Below, one piece after another: positions 31,016-32,000 of a DNA stretch of 32,000 nucleotides. Each line of letters begins with the position of its first letter. Positions within the stretch are counted from its first letter, which is position 1. A model generated the notes under the pieces. The model was not told where the DNA came from. It did not search any database and saw only the letters and a list, made by a program, of their open reading frames with translations. A program made the position numbers and the translations under genes. Where the stretch lies: the NCBI GenBank assembly GCA_963677765.1, contig OY782392.1, positions 60,001 through 92,000 on the forward strand, read 5' to 3'. This DNA comes from Candidatus Saccharimonadota bacterium. GTDB lineage: Bacteria > Patescibacteriota > Gracilibacteria > BD1-5 > UBA6164.

Positions 31016-31082
31016 TAATTCCTCCTCTTTTTTTAAAAGTTTATTTATAGTATATATTTTATAAATATAGTCAAGAATAAAA

Positions 31083-31110
31083 AAATAGACTAAATTAGTC
31101 TATTTTTTTT
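31083..31110 (-). terminator. Rho-independent terminator after the RND permease gene
   Basis: Stem aatagacta / tagtctatt (31084-31092 / 31096-31104) with loop aat, and A-run/T-run flanks. The stop codon 31097-31095 is inside the hairpin. Confidence 0.7.
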
Positions 31111-32000
31111 ATTCTATCAGTTTTTTTGTATAAAAACCAACTATAATATAATGATGGGACAACAAACAATGTCATTGTTGATCATGCTATCAATCAAAAT
31201 ACAATTGTAAATCATAATCAAGCCCAAAATTCATCTTGTAAAGCTAATGGTAAAACTCAAAAAACAGTTGTAAGAGTAGTAACTATTATTGGTTGTAATC
31301 TAGATTTTCAAGCAGAGATTACACTATGAATATTATCTATTCCTTTTTCTAAGTTTCTATTAATTCTATCTATTAATATAATAGCATCATTAACAACAAC
31401 TCATGTCATAGCAATAAATCAAATCATAAAAGTAATACTATATGGATTTCAAGTTAAAAATAATCAAATATTAACTCAAATAGTAGCAAGTATTACTGAA
31501 TATAATACTATTAATGGTTGTCTGAAACTATTAAATTGAAATACTAAAATAGAGAATATCAAAAACATTGATATAAACAATGACGCAATTGTAGATTGTA
31601 TTAAATCTGCATTTTCTTGATTTTCTCATCATTTTTCATAAGAAATTCATTCAGGGAAATTATAAGTAGAAGCATACTCATCAACCTTTGGTTGTATATC
31701 TGTAGATAATACTCAAGATTCTAAATCAGCTTCAACTGTAATTGTAATTTTTCAATCATCTCTAGTAATAGAAGTAATTGCCTTTGTAAATTCATAATCT
31801 GCAAAATCTCAAACTCTAAGTTTACCAGACCTAGTATTTATCATCAGATTTGATATTTCATCTGGACTTAATTCGTCTTCAAAGTCAGCAATTTTTAAAA
31901 CTATATCATTATCTTCATATTGAGACTTTATACTTCATGCTTTTAATCAATTTGTATATAAATATACTTCATTTACTATATCAGATGGAGTTAGTCATAA
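31095..32000 (-). CDS. RND (AcrB/HAE-type) efflux permease, C-terminal about 300 aa (5' end outside the window)
   Basis: ...LIQSTIASLFISMFLIFSILVFQFNSFRQPLIVLYSVILATIGVNIGLFLTG...FIAMTGVVVNDAIILIDRIN...SRLQPIIVTTLTTVFGVLPLAL is the typical TM10-12 region of AcrB-family pumps. The frame is open to position 32000. TAA 31097-31095. Confidence 0.85.

Noticed and set aside
1-32000. The near absence of standard-code ORFs could mean a decayed, pseudogene-rich or non-coding region.
   Set aside because: The interrupting codon is always TGA, never TAA or TAG. It sits at conserved glycine positions of many unrelated protein families, and reading it as sense gives full-length proteins with all catalytic motifs in order.
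1-32000. Genetic code 4 (TGA = Trp, Mycoplasma/Spiroplasma-like), suggested by the AT-richness.
   Set aside because: TGA occupies invariant Gly positions (GxxGxGKT, LSGGQ, GGGH, RGDLG), where Trp would be incompatible. Trp positions are encoded by TGG.

Overview
This is a very AT-rich 32-kb chromosomal segment. Under the standard code it looks almost ORF-free: the supplied track has 12 short ORFs. Reading TGA as a sense codon makes it densely coding, with about 30 genes and mostly short intergenic gaps. In my hand translation TGA falls on invariant glycines: Walker A GxxGxGK[ST], ABC signature LSGGQ, pyruvate kinase TTLGPAT, DHHA1 GGGH and ClpB-type GPTGVGKT. TGG still encodes Trp, and every gene I could close ends in TAA or TAG. 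This fits genetic code 25 (Gracilibacteria/Absconditabacteria-type CPR), not code 4 or a field of pseudogenes.

All CDS coordinates below are my own code-25 calls.
- **Housekeeping:** ppa, ligA, pyk, mscS, an NrnA-like DHH phosphoesterase, an ABC-F ATPase and tRNA-Lys(CUU).
- **Envelope module, all on the minus strand:** an HlyD-like adaptor with a long coiled coil, a MacB-type ATPase and permease, an LTXXQ (CpxP/Spy-like) secreted protein, and an OmpR-type response regulator with its histidine kinase. Its three promoter regions share an 11-bp-spaced tandem repeat (TTCTTAAT-N3-TTCTTAATTA), which I read as the regulator's operator.
- **Other genes:** a CTD-less RelA/SpoT-homolog with intact synthetase motifs, an orphan ClpB-D2-type AAA+ ATPase, a 1109-aa LamG/cadherin-like surface protein, a secreted GH3 (NagZ-like) enzyme, a membrane fatty-acid desaturase, and the C-terminus of an RND pump.

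The most unexplained element is the window's only long non-coding gap (about 920 bp, 26340-27262). It holds a near-consensus extended -10 promoter, roughly 460 nt of hairpin-rich and relatively GC-enriched sequence with no credible ORF, and tandem intrinsic terminators. I propose a novel structured ncRNA there.

Two further oddities. A TGA-free, C-ending-codon-biased RRM RNA-binding protein gene stands out from its neighbours. Shine-Dalgarno sequences are absent upstream of every start codon I inspected except one small gene with a perfect GAGGAGG.
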